A DNA stretch of 64,000 bases from Octopus sinensis (Eukaryota). Below, piece by piece: positions 49,747 through 64,000 of the stretch. The DNA lies in the NCBI RefSeq assembly GCF_006345805.1, contig NC_043023.1, positions 1,736,001-1,800,000 of the forward strand, given 5' to 3'. The translations under genes were made by a program, and so were the position numbers. Under the pieces are notes generated by a model that saw only the letters and a list, made by a program, of their open reading frames with translations, was not told the DNA's origin and ran no database searches. Numbering within the stretch: position 1 is the first letter of the stretch; every line of letters begins with the position of its first letter.

Positions 49747-50509
49747 AAAAATGATTGGATACACCTGGTAGCTTACAGGCAAAGCACATTGAACAGCTGT
49801 TGAATGTCCCACCCATGAGGGATCGATGCTAGATGTGTTGAAACAATTGTGATTAATAATAAATTCTTGTATATTCCATCTTGTGTCTTTCATTTGCATC
49901 ATCATCATCTATCATTTTGAATCTGGGTGTGGACAGATCTACTGCAATGCCATAGCAACCGCACACACACACCACATATATGATGGGCTTCCTTTCCACT
50001 CCACCAAACCCACTCACGACGCTTTGGTCAGCCTGTGGCTATTGTAGAAAACACAAGCAAAACATATATATATATATATATATAACATAGGTATATATAT
50101 ATATGCAGTGGGACTGAACCCAGAACCTTGTGGTTGAGAAGCAGATATGTTACCACACAGCCCCACCTACACCTCTAGGACTATTTCCTTACCAACAAGC
50201 ACTGCATCATCACCACCACCACCACCACCACCACCACCACCACCACCACAACAACAACAACAACAACAGCAACAACAACAACAACAACATCCCAATTGTT
50301 ACTATTATCATTTGTATTATTACTAATATCATTATTATTAGTATTCTTACTGCACTTTACATAATCATCATCATCATCACCACTATCATAATTATTGTCA
50401 TCATCATAAACTCCTTTATCTCTCCCGTCGTCAAGGCAACATTATCATCATCATTTCCTTCCTCATCATCTCCGGCAACAGTGCGCCTGTCTTTGAAATT
50501 AATGTTATA

Positions 50510-50568
<59 letters not shown>

Positions 50569-50841
50569 CGTTATCATTGTTACTATTTGTGTTGTTGCTG
50601 TTGTTGGTATTATCGTTGTTGTTGTTGTTATTATATACTTTTATAGACACACAAAAGTGCATGTGTGTGTGTGTGTGGTGTGTGTGTACGTATATGTATG
50701 CATGTATGAATGTATGGATGTGTACAGGAGAAGCCAAGAGAGGAAGAAAGAGAGAGGAAAAGATACATAGAATGCATAGTTAAATATAGATATAGATAAA
50801 AACATGCACACACACACACACACACATATACACACTCCTGT

Positions 50842-50887
<46 letters not shown>

Positions 50888-51589
50888 GCAGAAATATATG
50901 CATACATGCAAAAACATTTATGCATGTTAATATATATAATATTTATATATTATATGTATATGTATGTATATAATATACATAGTGTGTATATACACATAAA
51001 TACATACATATGGATTATATATGTGTGTGTGTGTGTAAATTCATACATATATATATATACATACATATATATAAATACATATATATATATATACATACAT
51101 ACATACGCATATATATATAGATAGATATATACATACATATACAGGCATACATACCTACATATATATAAACACAAACATATATATATATAATGTATATATA
51201 TATATATACATATATATAAATACATATACACACACATATATATATTATATATATATATATATATATACATACATATATATATACAGTTGTGTCTCCAAAA
51301 GCAAAATATATATATACATATATATATATAACAGAGGTATATATATATATATGCATATATACATACGCATATATATACACCTGTGAGTGTGTATATATAT
51401 GTATATTCATGCATAGACACACACACACACATACATATTGATAATTTCTTTACATTTCTTATAAAAATCAATCAGCTTCCTTCACTATTAACATTATCAT
51501 TATTATTATTATCACCATCAACATCATCATTATCACCACCACTACCACCACCACCACCGCTGCTGCTGTCATCCTCATCACCTCTACCA

Positions 51590-51632
51590 TCACCAATCAT
51601 CATCATAATCATCGTCATCATCATCGTCATCG

Positions 51633-51675
<43 letters not shown>

Positions 51676-51686
51676 GATCATCATCG

Positions 51687-51736
<50 letters not shown>

Positions 51737-51737
51737 G

Positions 51738-51769
<32 letters not shown>

Positions 51770-51772
51770 GTC

Positions 51773-51827
<55 letters not shown>

Positions 51828-51828
51828 G

Positions 51829-51869
<41 letters not shown>

Positions 51870-51870
51870 G

Positions 51871-51915
<45 letters not shown>

Positions 51916-51980
51916 CATCATCATGATCATCATCATCATCATCATCATCATCACCACCATCATCATCATCATCGTCATCG

Positions 51981-52014
<34 letters not shown>

Positions 52015-52015
52015 T
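51590..52015. repeat. (CAT)n microsatellite, about 425 bp
   Basis: Near-pure CAT run with CGT interruptions. Confidence 0.97.
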
Positions 52016-52344
52016 GCTTCTTCTCCTTTGTCGCCGTTATTTATACATTTTATGTATTTGTTGCATTTCCATGTTTCCTTCTGCGATATTTGCTGAAGAA
52101 TTCTTACAAGTGGCACCGAAACTTTTGCATGGATGACTCTGCTGTAGTTCTTCGTTGAAACTAAACTCGATGCCTCAAATATAAACACTTTGGATTTTTA
52201 TCGGTAAACACACCAAGGTAAAAGAAAAAGAAAAAAAGAATACAACAAATACCAAAATATGGAATAAAAAAAAAACAGAACAAAAATAATATTGTGTGAG
52301 TTTCAGTATGTCTGTGTGTATGAGTTTGTGTATGTGTAGATGTG

Positions 52345-55300
52345 TGTATGTGTGTGTGAGAAATTTTGTAAACATCGATAAACACACACATAGAAAGATA
52401 TAGAAATAAAGATATTATTATGCACACACACACACACACACATGTATATATAATAGGTACAGGTATGGCTGTGTGGTAGGAAGCTTGCTTCCGCAACCAA
52501 TGGTTCTGGGTTCAGTCCCTTGCATGTCACCTGGGCAAGTGTCTCCTACTATAGCTATGGGTTGAGCAAAACCTTGTGAGTGGATTTGGTAGATGGAAAC
52601 TGAAGGAAGCCTATTGTGTATATATATATATGTTGTGTGTATGTGGGTATATGTGTGAGAAATTTTGTAAACATCGATAAACACACACATAGAAAGATAT
52701 AGAAATAAAGATATTATTATGCACACATACACACACACATGTATATATATAGGTACAGGTATGGTTCTGGGTTCAGTCCCATTGCATGTCACCTTGGGCA
52801 AGTGTCTCCTACTATAGCTATGGGTTGAGCAAAACCTTGTGAGTAGATTTGGTAGATGGAAACTGAAGGAAGCCTATTGTGTATATAATATATATGTGTG
52901 TGTATGTGGGTATGTGTGTGAGAAATTTTGTAAACATCGATAAACACACACATAGAAAGATATAGAATAAAGATATTATTATGCACACACACACACACAC
53001 ATGTATATATATAGGTACAGGTATGGTTCTGGGTTCAGTCCCATTGCATGTCACCTTGGGCAAGTGTCTCCTACTATAGCTATGGTTGAGCAAAACCTTG
53101 TGAGTAGATTTGGTAGATGGAAACTGAAGGAAGCCTATTGTGTATATATATATATGTGTGTGTGTATGTGGGTATGTGTGTGAGAATTTTGTAAACATCG
53201 ATAAACCACACACATAGAAAGATATAGAAATAAAGATATTATTATGCACACACACACACACATGTATTATAGGTACAGGTATGGCTGTGTGGTAGGAAGC
53301 TTGCTTCCGCAACCCAATGGTTCTGGGTTCAGTCCCATTGCATGTCACCTTGGGCAAGTGTCTCCTACTATAGCTATGGTTGAGCAAAACCTTGTGAGTG
53401 GATTTGGTAGATGGAAACTGAAGGAAGCTATTGTGTATATATATATATTGTGTGTGTATGTGGGTATATGTGTGAAAAATTTTGTAAACATCGATAAACA
53501 CACACATAGAAAGATAGAAATAAGATATTATTATGCACACACACACACTGTATATATATAGGTACAGGTATGGCTGTGTGGTAGGAAGCTGCTTCCACAA
53601 CCCAATGGTTCTGGGTTCAGTCCCATTGCATGTCACCTTGGGCAAGTGTCTCCTACTATAGCTATGGGTTGAGCAAAACCTTGTGAGTGGATTTGGTAGA
53701 TGGAAACTGAAGGAAGCCTATTGTGTATATATATATATGTGTGTGTGTATGTGGGTATGTGTGTGAGAAATTTTGTAAACATCGATAAACCACACACAGA
53801 AAGATATAGAAATAAAGATATTATTATGCACACACACACACACATGTATATATATAGGTACAGGTATGGCTGTGTGGTAGGAAGCTTGCTTCCACAACCC
53901 AATGGTTCTGGGTTCAGTCCCATTGCATGTCACCTTGGGCAAGTGTCTCCTACTATAGCTATGGGTTGAGCAAAACCTTGTGAGTGGATTTGGTAGATGG
54001 AAACTGAAGGAAGCCTATTGTGTATATATATATATGTGTGTGTGTATGTGGGTATGTGTGTGAGAAATTTTGTAAACATCGATAAACACACACATAGAAA
54101 GATATAGAAATAAAGATATTATTATGCACACACACACACACATGTATATATATAGGTACAGGTATGGCTGTGTGGTAGGAAGCTTGCTTCCGCAACCCAA
54201 TGGTTCTGAGTTCAGTCCCATTGCATGTCACCTTGGCAAGTGTCTCCTACTATAGCTATGGGTTGAGCAAAACCTTGTGAGTGGATTTGGTAGATGGAAA
54301 CTGAAGAAGCCTATTTGTATATATATATATGTGTGTGTGTATGTGGGTATGTGTGAGAATTTTGTAAACATCGATAAACACACACATAGAAAGATAGAAA
54401 TAAAGATATTATTATGCACACACACACACACATGTATATATATAGGTACAGGTATGGCTGTGTGGTAGGAAGCTTGCTTCCGCAACCCAATGGTTCTGAG
54501 TTCAGTCCCATTGCATGTCACCTTGGGCAAGTGTCTCCTACTATAGCTATGGGTTGAGCAAAACCTTGTGAGTGGATTTGGTAGATGGAAACTGAAGGAA
54601 GCCTATTGTGTATATATATATATGTGTGTGTGTATGTGGGTATGTGTGTGAGAAATTTTGTAAACATCGATAAACACACACATAGAAAGATATAGAAATA
54701 AAGATATTATTATGCACACACACACACACACATGTATATATATAGGTACAGGTATGGCTGTGTGGTAGGAAGCTTGCTTCCACAACCCAATGGTTCTGGG
54801 TTCAGTCCCATTGCATGTCACCTTGGGCAAGTGTCTCCTACTATAGCTATGGGTTGAGCAAAACCTTGTGAGTGGATTTGGTAGATGGAAACTGAAGGAA
54901 GCCTATTGTGTATATATATATATATGTGTGTGTATGTGGGTATGTGTGTGAGAAATTTTGTAAACATCGATAAACACACACATAGAAAGATATAGAAATA
55001 AAGATATTATTATGCACACACACACACACCACATGTATATATATAGGTACAGGTATGGCTGTGTGGTAGGAAGCTTGCTTCCGCACCCAATGGTTCTGGG
55101 TTCAGTCCCATTGCATGTCACCTTGGGCAAGTGTCTCCTACTATAGCTATGGGTTGAGCAAAACCTTGTGAGTGGATTTGGTAGATGGAAACTGAAGGAA
55201 GCCTATTGTGTATATATATATATATGTGTGTGTATGTGGGTATGTGTGTGAGAAATTTTGTAAACATCGATAAACACACACATAGAAAGATATAGAAATA

Positions 55301-56560
55301 AAGATATTATTATGCACACACACACACACACATGTATATATATAGGTACAGGTATGGTTCTGGGTTCAGTCCCATTGCATGTCACCTTGGGCAAGTGTCT
55401 CCTACTATAGCTATGGGTTGAGCAAAACCTTGTGAGTGGATTTGGTAGATGGAACTGAAGGAAGCCTATTGTGTATATATATATATGGTGTGTGTATGTG
55501 GGTATGTGTGTGAGAAATTTTGTAAACATCGATAAACACACATAGAAAGATATAGAAATAAAGATATTATTATGCACACACACACACACACATGTATATA
55601 TATAGGTACAGGTATGGCTGTGTGGTAGGAAGCTTGCTTCCGCAACCCAATGGTTCTGGGTTCAGTCCATTGCATGTCACCTTGGGCAAGTGTCTCCTAC
55701 TATAGCTATGGGTTGAGCAAAACCTTGTTGGATTTGGTAGATGGAAACTGAAGGAAGCCTATTGTGTGTATATATATATATGTGTGTGTATGTGGGTATG
55801 TGTGTGAGAAATTTTGTAAACATCGATAAACACACACATAGAAAGATATAGAAATAAAGATATTATTATGCACACCCACAACACACATGTATATATATAG
55901 GTACAGGTATGGTTCTGAGTTCAGTCCCATTGCATGTCACCTTGGGCAAGTGTCTCCTACTATAGCTATGGGTTGAGCAAAACCTTGTGAGTGGATTTGG
56001 TAGATGGAAACTGAAGGAAGCCTATTGTGTATATATATATATGTGTGTGTGTATGTGGGTATGTGTGTGAGAAATTTTGTACATGTAAACATGAATAAAT
56101 ACACACACACAAACCACACACACACACACACATAGATATATATATAGGTACAGACATGGCTGTATGGTAGGAAGCTTGCTTCCCAAACACATTGTTCTGA
56201 GTTCAGTCCCACTGCATGTCACCTTGGGCAAGTGTCATCCACTATAGCTATGGGTTGATCAAAACCTTGCGAGAGGATTTGCCAGATGAAAACTGAAAGA
56301 AGCCTGTTGTAAACATATGTGTGTGTGTGTTTGTGTATGTGAGTGTGTGTGTGTGTAATTGTGTATCTGTCTTTGTCTCCCCACCATTGCTTGATAACTG
56401 ATGTTGGTGTGTTTATGTCCCTGTAACTTAGCAGTTTGGCAAAAGAGACCAATAGAATAAGTACTAGGCTTACAAAAAAGAAGTCCTGGGGTTGAATTGT
56501 TCAACTAAAGGCAGTGCTCCAGCATGGCCGTAATCAAATGACTGAAACAAGTAAAAGAAT
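52345..56560 (+). repeat. Tandem array of 14 units (about 263 or 291-300 bp), each being unique flank plus the 5' half of a family A SINE; the last unit is the complete SINE
   Basis: Marker aattttgtaaacatcgataaac recurs 13 times between about 52370 and 55820 plus a diverged copy near 56080; the SINE tail aagtaaaagaataaaagaata ends near 56560. Confidence 0.95.
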
Positions 56561-56821
56561 AAAAGAATATATGCATACATGAATGTGTGTTTCTATGCAT
56601 GTATATATACATGTATATGTATGTATGTCTGCAGCATGGTTGTGTAGTACAGAACCTTGTTTTCTTATTTCTCAACCATCTGTTCTCAAGTTCAATCCCA
56701 CTGCATGCCACCTTGAGCGAGTCTTACACTTACAGCTCCACACCCTCAAAAGTCTTGTGAATGGATTTGCTACAAAAGAAACTAAAAGAAGTCCATCAGA
56801 TATGTGTGTGTGTATGTGTGA

Positions 56822-56860
<39 letters not shown>

Positions 56861-56861
<1 letters not shown>

Positions 56862-57064
56862 CCAAAAAATAAGCAACAAGAATGGATCAGTAGTTTAGTA
56901 CAATTGTTTCATACTATAAACATTTTATTAAAGCTGCAAAAATTACAGCAAATTACAGCTTTAATAAAATTTTTGCTGTACTTTTTGCAGCTTTAATAAA
57001 ATGTTTATAGTATGAAACAATTGTACTAAACTACTGATCCATTCTTGTTGCTTTTTTCTTGGTT
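56861..57064. repeat. Palindrome with about 85-bp arms, next to (TA)n
   Basis: accaa.aaa.aagcaacaagaatggatcagtagtttagtacaattgtttcatactataaacattttattaaagctgcaaaa and its reverse complement. Confidence 0.92.
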
Positions 57065-57214
57065 ATAATCACCCCACATAATTTTATGGGTAATACCGTA
57101 AAAAAAAAATTGTGGTGCATTTAAGTTAAGTACCATATTCATTTGAATCTAAATTGTTTTTGCTGAAATTATATATATATATAAAGCGAAATCAAACCAA
57201 ATTCGCAAATTCGA

Positions 57215-57665
57215 TGACTAGCATCCATGCCAGTGGAGTGCTAGCTGCACCGTCCAAGCCTGATTACTGCCAGAACAGCCGATTGGCTTCCGTGCCGGTG
57301 GCAGTTAAAAAGCAGCATTCAAATGTGATCATTACCAGCGTTGCTATACTGGCGCTTGTGCTGGTGGCACATGAAAAACATACGAGTGAGGTCGTTGCCA
57401 GTGCTGCTGGACTGGCTCCTGTGCAGGTGGCACATAAAAAACACCATTTGAGCATGGCCATTGCCAGTACTGCCTGACCAGCCCTCGTGCTGGTGGCACG
57501 TAAAAGCTCCCACTACACTCTCGGAGTGGTTGGCGCTAGGAAGGGCATCCAGCTGTAGAAACACTACCAGATCAAGATTGGAGCCTGGTGTAGCCATCTG
57601 GTTTGCCAGTCCTCAGTCAAATCGTCCAACCCATGGAAAGTGAACATTAAACGATGATGATGATA
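57215..57665 (+). mobile_element. Family C element, diverged
   Basis: Modules, body and GAT tail; same subtype as 20225-20605. Confidence 0.8.
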
Positions 57666-58749
57666 ATCCTTTGTAACAGAATACAATAATGTTTAATACT
57701 TGTGTTTATCACAATTTTCCAATATATATGTGTGTGAGTGTGTGTGTGTGTATAAATGTATGTAAGTTAATATAGACACTACAACTAGCTGGGCCATGCC
57801 TTCAAAGAACAGTGGAATAAAAACAAAAATCACTTTATAATATCCCATAACTGTAAAAAAGCTGTGTTAGCAACAGAAAGGCATCCTATTGAAATATGCT
57901 GACCAAAACAAACTTTCTCACTGTATACACACACACACACTGACGCACATACACACCTATTCTTACTCTCTTACTTGTTTCGGCCATTTGACTGTGGCCA
58001 TGCTTGAGCACCGCCTTTAAAAAGATTTCACATAATGAAGGTACTTTGTAAAACTCAAAATGTGAAGTTTTTAGCTGCTGCTCTCATGATAGAAAATTCA
58101 TTTTGGAAACATAGTCTTTCCTGTTTACAGACTGCAGAATGGCAAAAAATATATTGCTAGCATTGCAGAACTGGCAATGCTTGCAATCATACAAGTGGAT
58201 GCAAATCTAATTTTTCTCATCAGGGAAGGGTTTTGCACTTCATTATTTTTCACGATTGACCTGTCCAAGACAGGATGTTTGTCATCGTTATTAAAGAGGC
58301 TATGGGCTTCAAGTCACATGTGTGGTGACTCCTTGATATTGCCAAGTGCAACAGTAGATATAAAACCAACGATAACTTTCTGACTGCTTATATGCCATAA
58401 CCAAGAACATACAAGTCAACCATATAAAAGAGTAAATATTTTTTATTCTTTTACTTGTTTCAGTCATTAGACTGTGGCCATGCTGGGGCACCACCTTTAA
58501 GAATTTTTAGTCAAAGGAATCAATCCAGGACGGTTTTTTTAAGGCTGTTACTTCTTTTATCAGACTCATTTCACTAAACTGCTAAGTTACAGGGACATAA
58601 ACACACTAATACCAGTTGTCAAGCGGTGGTAGAGGACAACCACACACACATATATACAGATATGATAGGCTTCTTTCAGTTTCCATCTACCAAATCCACT
58701 CACAAGTCTTTAGTTGGCCAAAGGCTTTAGAAGAAGACACTTGCCCGCG

Positions 58750-58978
58750 GTGAGCTGGCAGAATCGTTAGCACACTGGGCAAAATGCTCAGTGGCATTTC
58801 ATCTGCCGCTTCATTCTGAGTTCAAATTCCACCTAGGTCGACTTTGCCTTTCATCTTTTTGGGGTCGATTAAATAAGTACCAGTTACACACTGGTGTCGA
58901 TATAATTGACTTAATCCGTTTGTCTGTCCTTGTTTGTTCCCTCTATGTTAAGCCCCTTGTGGGCAATAAAGAAATAAG
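58750..58978 (+). mobile_element. Family B SINE monomer inserted into a family A SINE
   Basis: gaagacacttgccc is present on both sides (58733-58746 and 58978-58991). Confidence 0.8.
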
Positions 58979-59780
58979 AAGACACTTGCCCACGGTGCCA
59001 TACAGAAGGACTGAACCCAGAACCATGTGGTTGGGAAGCAAGCTTCTTACAACAAAACCATGCCGGTGATATTAATTGTTATGTGTGTGTGTGTGTGTGT
59101 GTGTAAATACACGCACACACACACAAGCGGCTTCTTTTAATTTCCACCTAACAAATCCACTCATGAGGGTTTGGTCTGCCTGGGGTGCCATGCAGTGGGA
59201 TTGAACCCGGAACCATATGGTTGGGAAGCAAACTGTGTACCACACAGCCCTCTGTTCATTCATTTTTACTTTCATATTCCCTGAACATGTACTATTTTTA
59301 GATAGATTTTTCCCTTTGAACACATACAGAGCTTATGTAAATATACTCACACACACACACACATGCACAGAGGAAATATCAACCAATGAAATTTGAAAAA
59401 ATAAATGGTTTTATTAAATAAACACAAACAGAAAAGTACCAAAATGAAAGGACCATATTTCTTTAAATTAATCTTTCTTTAAAATGCAATTATTTATATT
59501 AATTATTTAAAAAAAAAATCACAATAGAATATTTTCCTTTGATTGCTGTATAAAATATTAGTCATTTATTTTTATAGAAAATATCATTTGTAAGACTCGG
59601 AGTTTTCTTTTGTTGTTTTATTTCAGTTTTTTTTTGCTTGTTACGCTTTTTGTTTTGGTTTTTGACCGACTTTTGTTTAGTGAAATATGAATTTTTGATA
59701 GAAATAGGATTTTCGGTAACAAAAAAATAAACACATATTTACATGTGTGTGTGTATGTGTGTGTGTGTTTGTGTGGATGT

Positions 59781-59817
<37 letters not shown>

Positions 59818-59904
59818 TACAAATATATATAATATATACATGTATGTATGTATGTGAGTGAGATACATACATATATAACACGTGTAAATACATATACATA
59901 TGTA

Positions 59905-59938
<34 letters not shown>

Positions 59939-60135
59939 CACACATTTATGCATATATATTTACGTACATATATACATGTATCTGTGTGTGTATATATATA
60001 TATATATATATACATATACATACATGTATGTATATTTGTAGATATATATACATATATGTATATATATGTATATATATATACATTTATATATACATATATA
60101 TATTTACACACACACACACACATACACACTCACAT

Positions 60136-60215
<80 letters not shown>

Positions 60216-60260
60216 GCATATATAATATATTTGATAGAAATTGAATTTCAGAGAATGATG

Positions 60261-60357
<97 letters not shown>

Positions 60358-60769
60358 AAACAATAATAAGAAGAAGACTCTTTCAATAATAGATGCATAA
60401 AGAAACACACATACATTTGATAGATATATAGTTATTCAAATCATATATTTTATTAATTTAAAAATTTAGAAAAAATAAAAATTTTCTAAACGGATTTTTA
60501 AATTATCAATAGAATGCTTGTCATAAAGCTATGTTTTTTTTCTGAAACTTCAATTTGTATAATTATATATATTTATATACACTTTTTTCTGGGAGGGATA
60601 GGGCTGAAATTATGCATACACACACGCAAAACAAATATACATACACACGTCGTTATTTTATCTGTGTATATATGTCACTCTCTCTATATATGTCTGCATA
60701 TATGTATATATGTCTATATATGCATATACGTGTATGTTTGTGTGTCCATGTATCACTCTCTCTCTCTAG

Positions 60770-60800
<31 letters not shown>

Positions 60801-60889
60801 TATAAATATATATATATATATTATAAATATATATATCATATAAATATATATATTATATATATATATTATATATATATATATATATAATA

Positions 60890-60928
<39 letters not shown>

Positions 60929-60984
60929 CATATTTGTGTGTTCAGGTATGAGTGTTCACACAAAAGCACATATATATATTATAT

Positions 60985-61040
<56 letters not shown>

Positions 61041-61334
61041 CATATTTGTGTGTACACGTATGAGTGTTCACACAAAAGCACATATATTTGTCTTCAAACC
61101 TTCAAAATCCAACAAAAATATATATACATTTATTCGTTAATTTTTATATTAATTAATACATATATTTCCATTATTCCTTTGACATGCAATATTCAAGGAC
61201 GAAATGTTTTCTTTCGTTTTACACACACACACTGATGTGTGTGTGTGTGTGTAATTTTATGATATGTAATCTTACTTAAATATCCATCGATCTAGCCATA
61301 TCCCATCATCATCATCTGTATTACATGTCCATTT

Positions 61335-61905
61335 CTTATTTCTTTATTTCTTTATTACCCCAGTGCGTAACTGGTACTTAATTTATCGACCCCGAAAGGA
61401 TGAAAGGCAAAGTCGACCTCAGCGGAATTTGAACTCAGAACGTAATGGCAGACGAAATACCTATTTTTTTACTACCCACAAGGGGCTAAACGCAGAGAGG
61501 ACAAACAAGGACAGACAAACGGATTAAGTCAATTATATCGACCCCAGTGCATAACTGGTACTTAATTTATCGACCCTGAAAGGATGAAAAGCTAAGTCAA
61601 CCTTGACGGAATATAAATACAGAATGTAGCGGCAGATGAAATACCGCTAAGCATTCCATCCGGCGTGCTAACGTTTCTTATTTCTTTACTGCCCACAAGG
61701 AGCTACACACAGAGGGGACAAACAAGGACAGACAAATGGATTAAATTGATTATATCGACCCCAGTGCGTAACTGGTACTTATTTAATTGACACCGAAAGG
61801 ATGAAAGGCAAAGTCGACCTCGGCAGAATTTGAACTCAGAACATAGCAGCAGACGAAATACTGCTACGCATTTTGCCCGACATGCTAACGTTTCTGCCAG
61901 CTCGC
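61335..61905 (-). mobile_element. Family B SINE trimer
   Basis: Three head-to-tail units ending at the head ...gctaacgtttctgccagctcgcc. Confidence 0.88.
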
Positions 61906-62030
61906 CTAACACTTATTAGACTCTTTTACTGAACTGTTAAGTTACAGGAATGTAAACACACCAACATTGGTTGTCAAGCCATGGTGGGGGAGATGCAAGA
62001 ATAGACACACACATAAATATATACATATAC

Positions 62031-62096
<66 letters not shown>

Positions 62097-62198
62097 GTTA
62101 ATCCAAACATGAAAACACAAAGGGAAAACACAACAATGCGAGGACGTGGGAACAAATATAGTATTATTGGATGCTCAGGAAGGAAGGGAAGAAGGAGG

Positions 62199-62233
62199 GT
62201 TTAACGTTTCGAGCGAAGCTCTTCATCAGAAAC
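62199..62233 (-). ncRNA. Intact minimal type I hammerhead ribozyme motif in a PLE end (element about 62100-62300)
   Basis: Minus GTTT CTGATGA A GAGC ttc GCTC GAAAC GT T AAAC: every core position and all three stems are present. Confidence 0.8.
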
Positions 62234-62984
62234 ATAGGAAAAGGAAAGATCCAGAGAAGGGAAGACAGAGGAAAAAAAATCACCAACGGTACACACACGG
62301 TCACAATGCACTTCTTTTAGTTTCCATCTATAAATCCAGTCACAAAGCTTTGGTTGACCGTAGACTCTACTAAAAGACACTTGCCCAAGGTGTCATGCAG
62401 TGAGATTGAGCCTGGAACTATGTGATTGGGAAGCAAGATTCTTATCACACAGCCACATCTGCACTTATATATATATGTGTGTGTGTGTGTGCATGTATGT
62501 GTGTGTGCATGTTAAAATATCAAGATGAACCTACAGGTGATTTTAAAATTCTGGATTAAGTTATTGATCAGTTTCAGTGTAAATCACTTCATGAGAATAA
62601 ATCAAATTCTAATTTACCATTTTCATTATAAAATTATAAAAATATCGTCAGAATTTACAATGCAATTTTGCTCCAGAGAATTTTACGGTAAATTCGCTGC
62701 GAATAACAATTATCAAAATAGTTCTTCCCACTTAGTGCTGACAAATAAATTTATCTTCTAAACTCCCAATAGATATCTGTTTTTGCAAGCAAATGCATAT
62801 TTTATTATAGCTAAAAGTGGACTTGAAGCTTCTTCAGGGGATATCTGAGAAAGAAAGAGAAACAAATTTCTCATGATGCTAAGAGCAAATCAACTTACAA
62901 GAAGAAAGGAAACGATGCAATGTTAAGATTTAAATTCAATTTTAGCATGAAGTTGTAATTATTAAACTATGAAAATATCTTTTA

Positions 62985-64000
62985 TCTTTTACTTGTTTCT
63001 GTCATTAGACTGAGGCCATGCTGGGGCCCCAACTTCAAGAATTTTAAGAGAATCAATTGACCCCAGTAATTTTAATTTTGTACAACCTGGTACATATTCT
63101 ATCATTGTCTTTTGCCAAACTGTAAAGTGACAGTGATGTAAACACACCAACACTGGTTGTTAACCCTGGTACTATTCCATCAGTCTCTTTTACTGAACTT
63201 GGCTGTGTGGCAAGTAGCTTGCTTACAGACAATATGGTTCCGGGTTCAGTCCCACTGTGTGGCACCTTGGGTAAGTGTCTTCTACTATAGCCTTGGACCG
63301 ACCAAAGCCTTGTGAGTGGATTTGGTAGACAAAAACTGAAAGAAGCCCTTCGTGTATATGTATATACATATTATATATATGTATATGTGTTTGTCCCCCC
63401 CCCCCAACATCGCAGGACAACCAATGCTGGTGTGTTTACGTCCCCGTAACTTAGTGACTCGGCAAAAGAGAGTGATATAATAAGTTACAGAGAAAATAAA
63501 TATGAATAGGATTTTTGCACATGCGCACACACAAACACACCATCATTATAGGCAGTAACATTTTAACATCATAGATGTTTTTTACGTTGGCTCTTTCCAT
63601 TGCCAACCCTTACCAGTATCCAAGCAACTTAATATATCCATTGTTCTTTGTTCACAAGCAACACAATATCTGGACATGCTTTCATGGAACATTGCAAATA
63701 TATGATACTGCTCATCTCTTTACCATTTTTTTACTCTTTTACTTGTTTCAGTCAGTTGACTGCAGCCATGCTGGAGCACTGCCTTTAGTCAAGCAAATCA
63801 ACCCCAGGACTTATTCTTTGTAAGCCTAGTACTTATTCTATCTGTCCCTTTTGCTGAACCGCCAAGTTACGAGGATGTAAACACACCAGCATCGGTGGTC
63901 AAGCGATGGTGGGGGGACAAACACAGACATACAAACATATACATACATATTATACACATGTATTATTATACACATATATGCGACAGGCTCCTTTTAGTTT
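62985..64000. mobile_element. Cluster of family A SINE copies (62985-63215 minus, 63200-63470 plus, 63735-64000 minus running off the window)
   Basis: Family A motifs. Confidence 0.85.

Noticed and set aside
51383-52188. Poly-His, poly-Ile, poly-Met and poly-Asp ORFs
   Set aside because: They are translations of the (CAT)n microsatellite.
58080-58440. Possible hAT transposase C-terminal remnant (FASTCMI on minus)
   Set aside because: Only a weak motif resemblance, with stops nearby and no TIRs found.
62760-62920. Candidate exon after a strong pyrimidine tract on minus
   Set aside because: All three frames hit stops within about 30 codons and no matching donor was evident.

Overview
AT-rich, microsatellite-dense animal genomic DNA, most likely an Octopus (cephalopod) scaffold. 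The taxon is inferred from the SINE families, recalled from memory and not database-checked. There is one 100-N assembly gap, and no rRNA, tRNA genes, CRISPR or prokaryotic features. Contents: (1) a 12.3-kb 32-bp minisatellite that explains all the giant minus-strand ORFs; (2) one credible host coding segment, a THEG/SPMAP2-type repeat ORF (17123-17686, minus), which runs directly into about 2.5 kb of decayed copies of its own repeat; (3) Penelope-like element (PLE) remnants, many as 120-350 bp palindromes carrying recognisable type I hammerhead ribozyme motifs from several sequence-distinct families; (4) a near-intact CR1 LINE, a full-length mariner relic, a piggyBac nested in a Tc1/mariner-like element, and a Helitron helicase fragment; (5) dozens of SINEs from at least five families, three of which have seeded tandem arrays. 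Repeat boundaries are read by eye and are approximate unless TIRs or TSDs are quoted.
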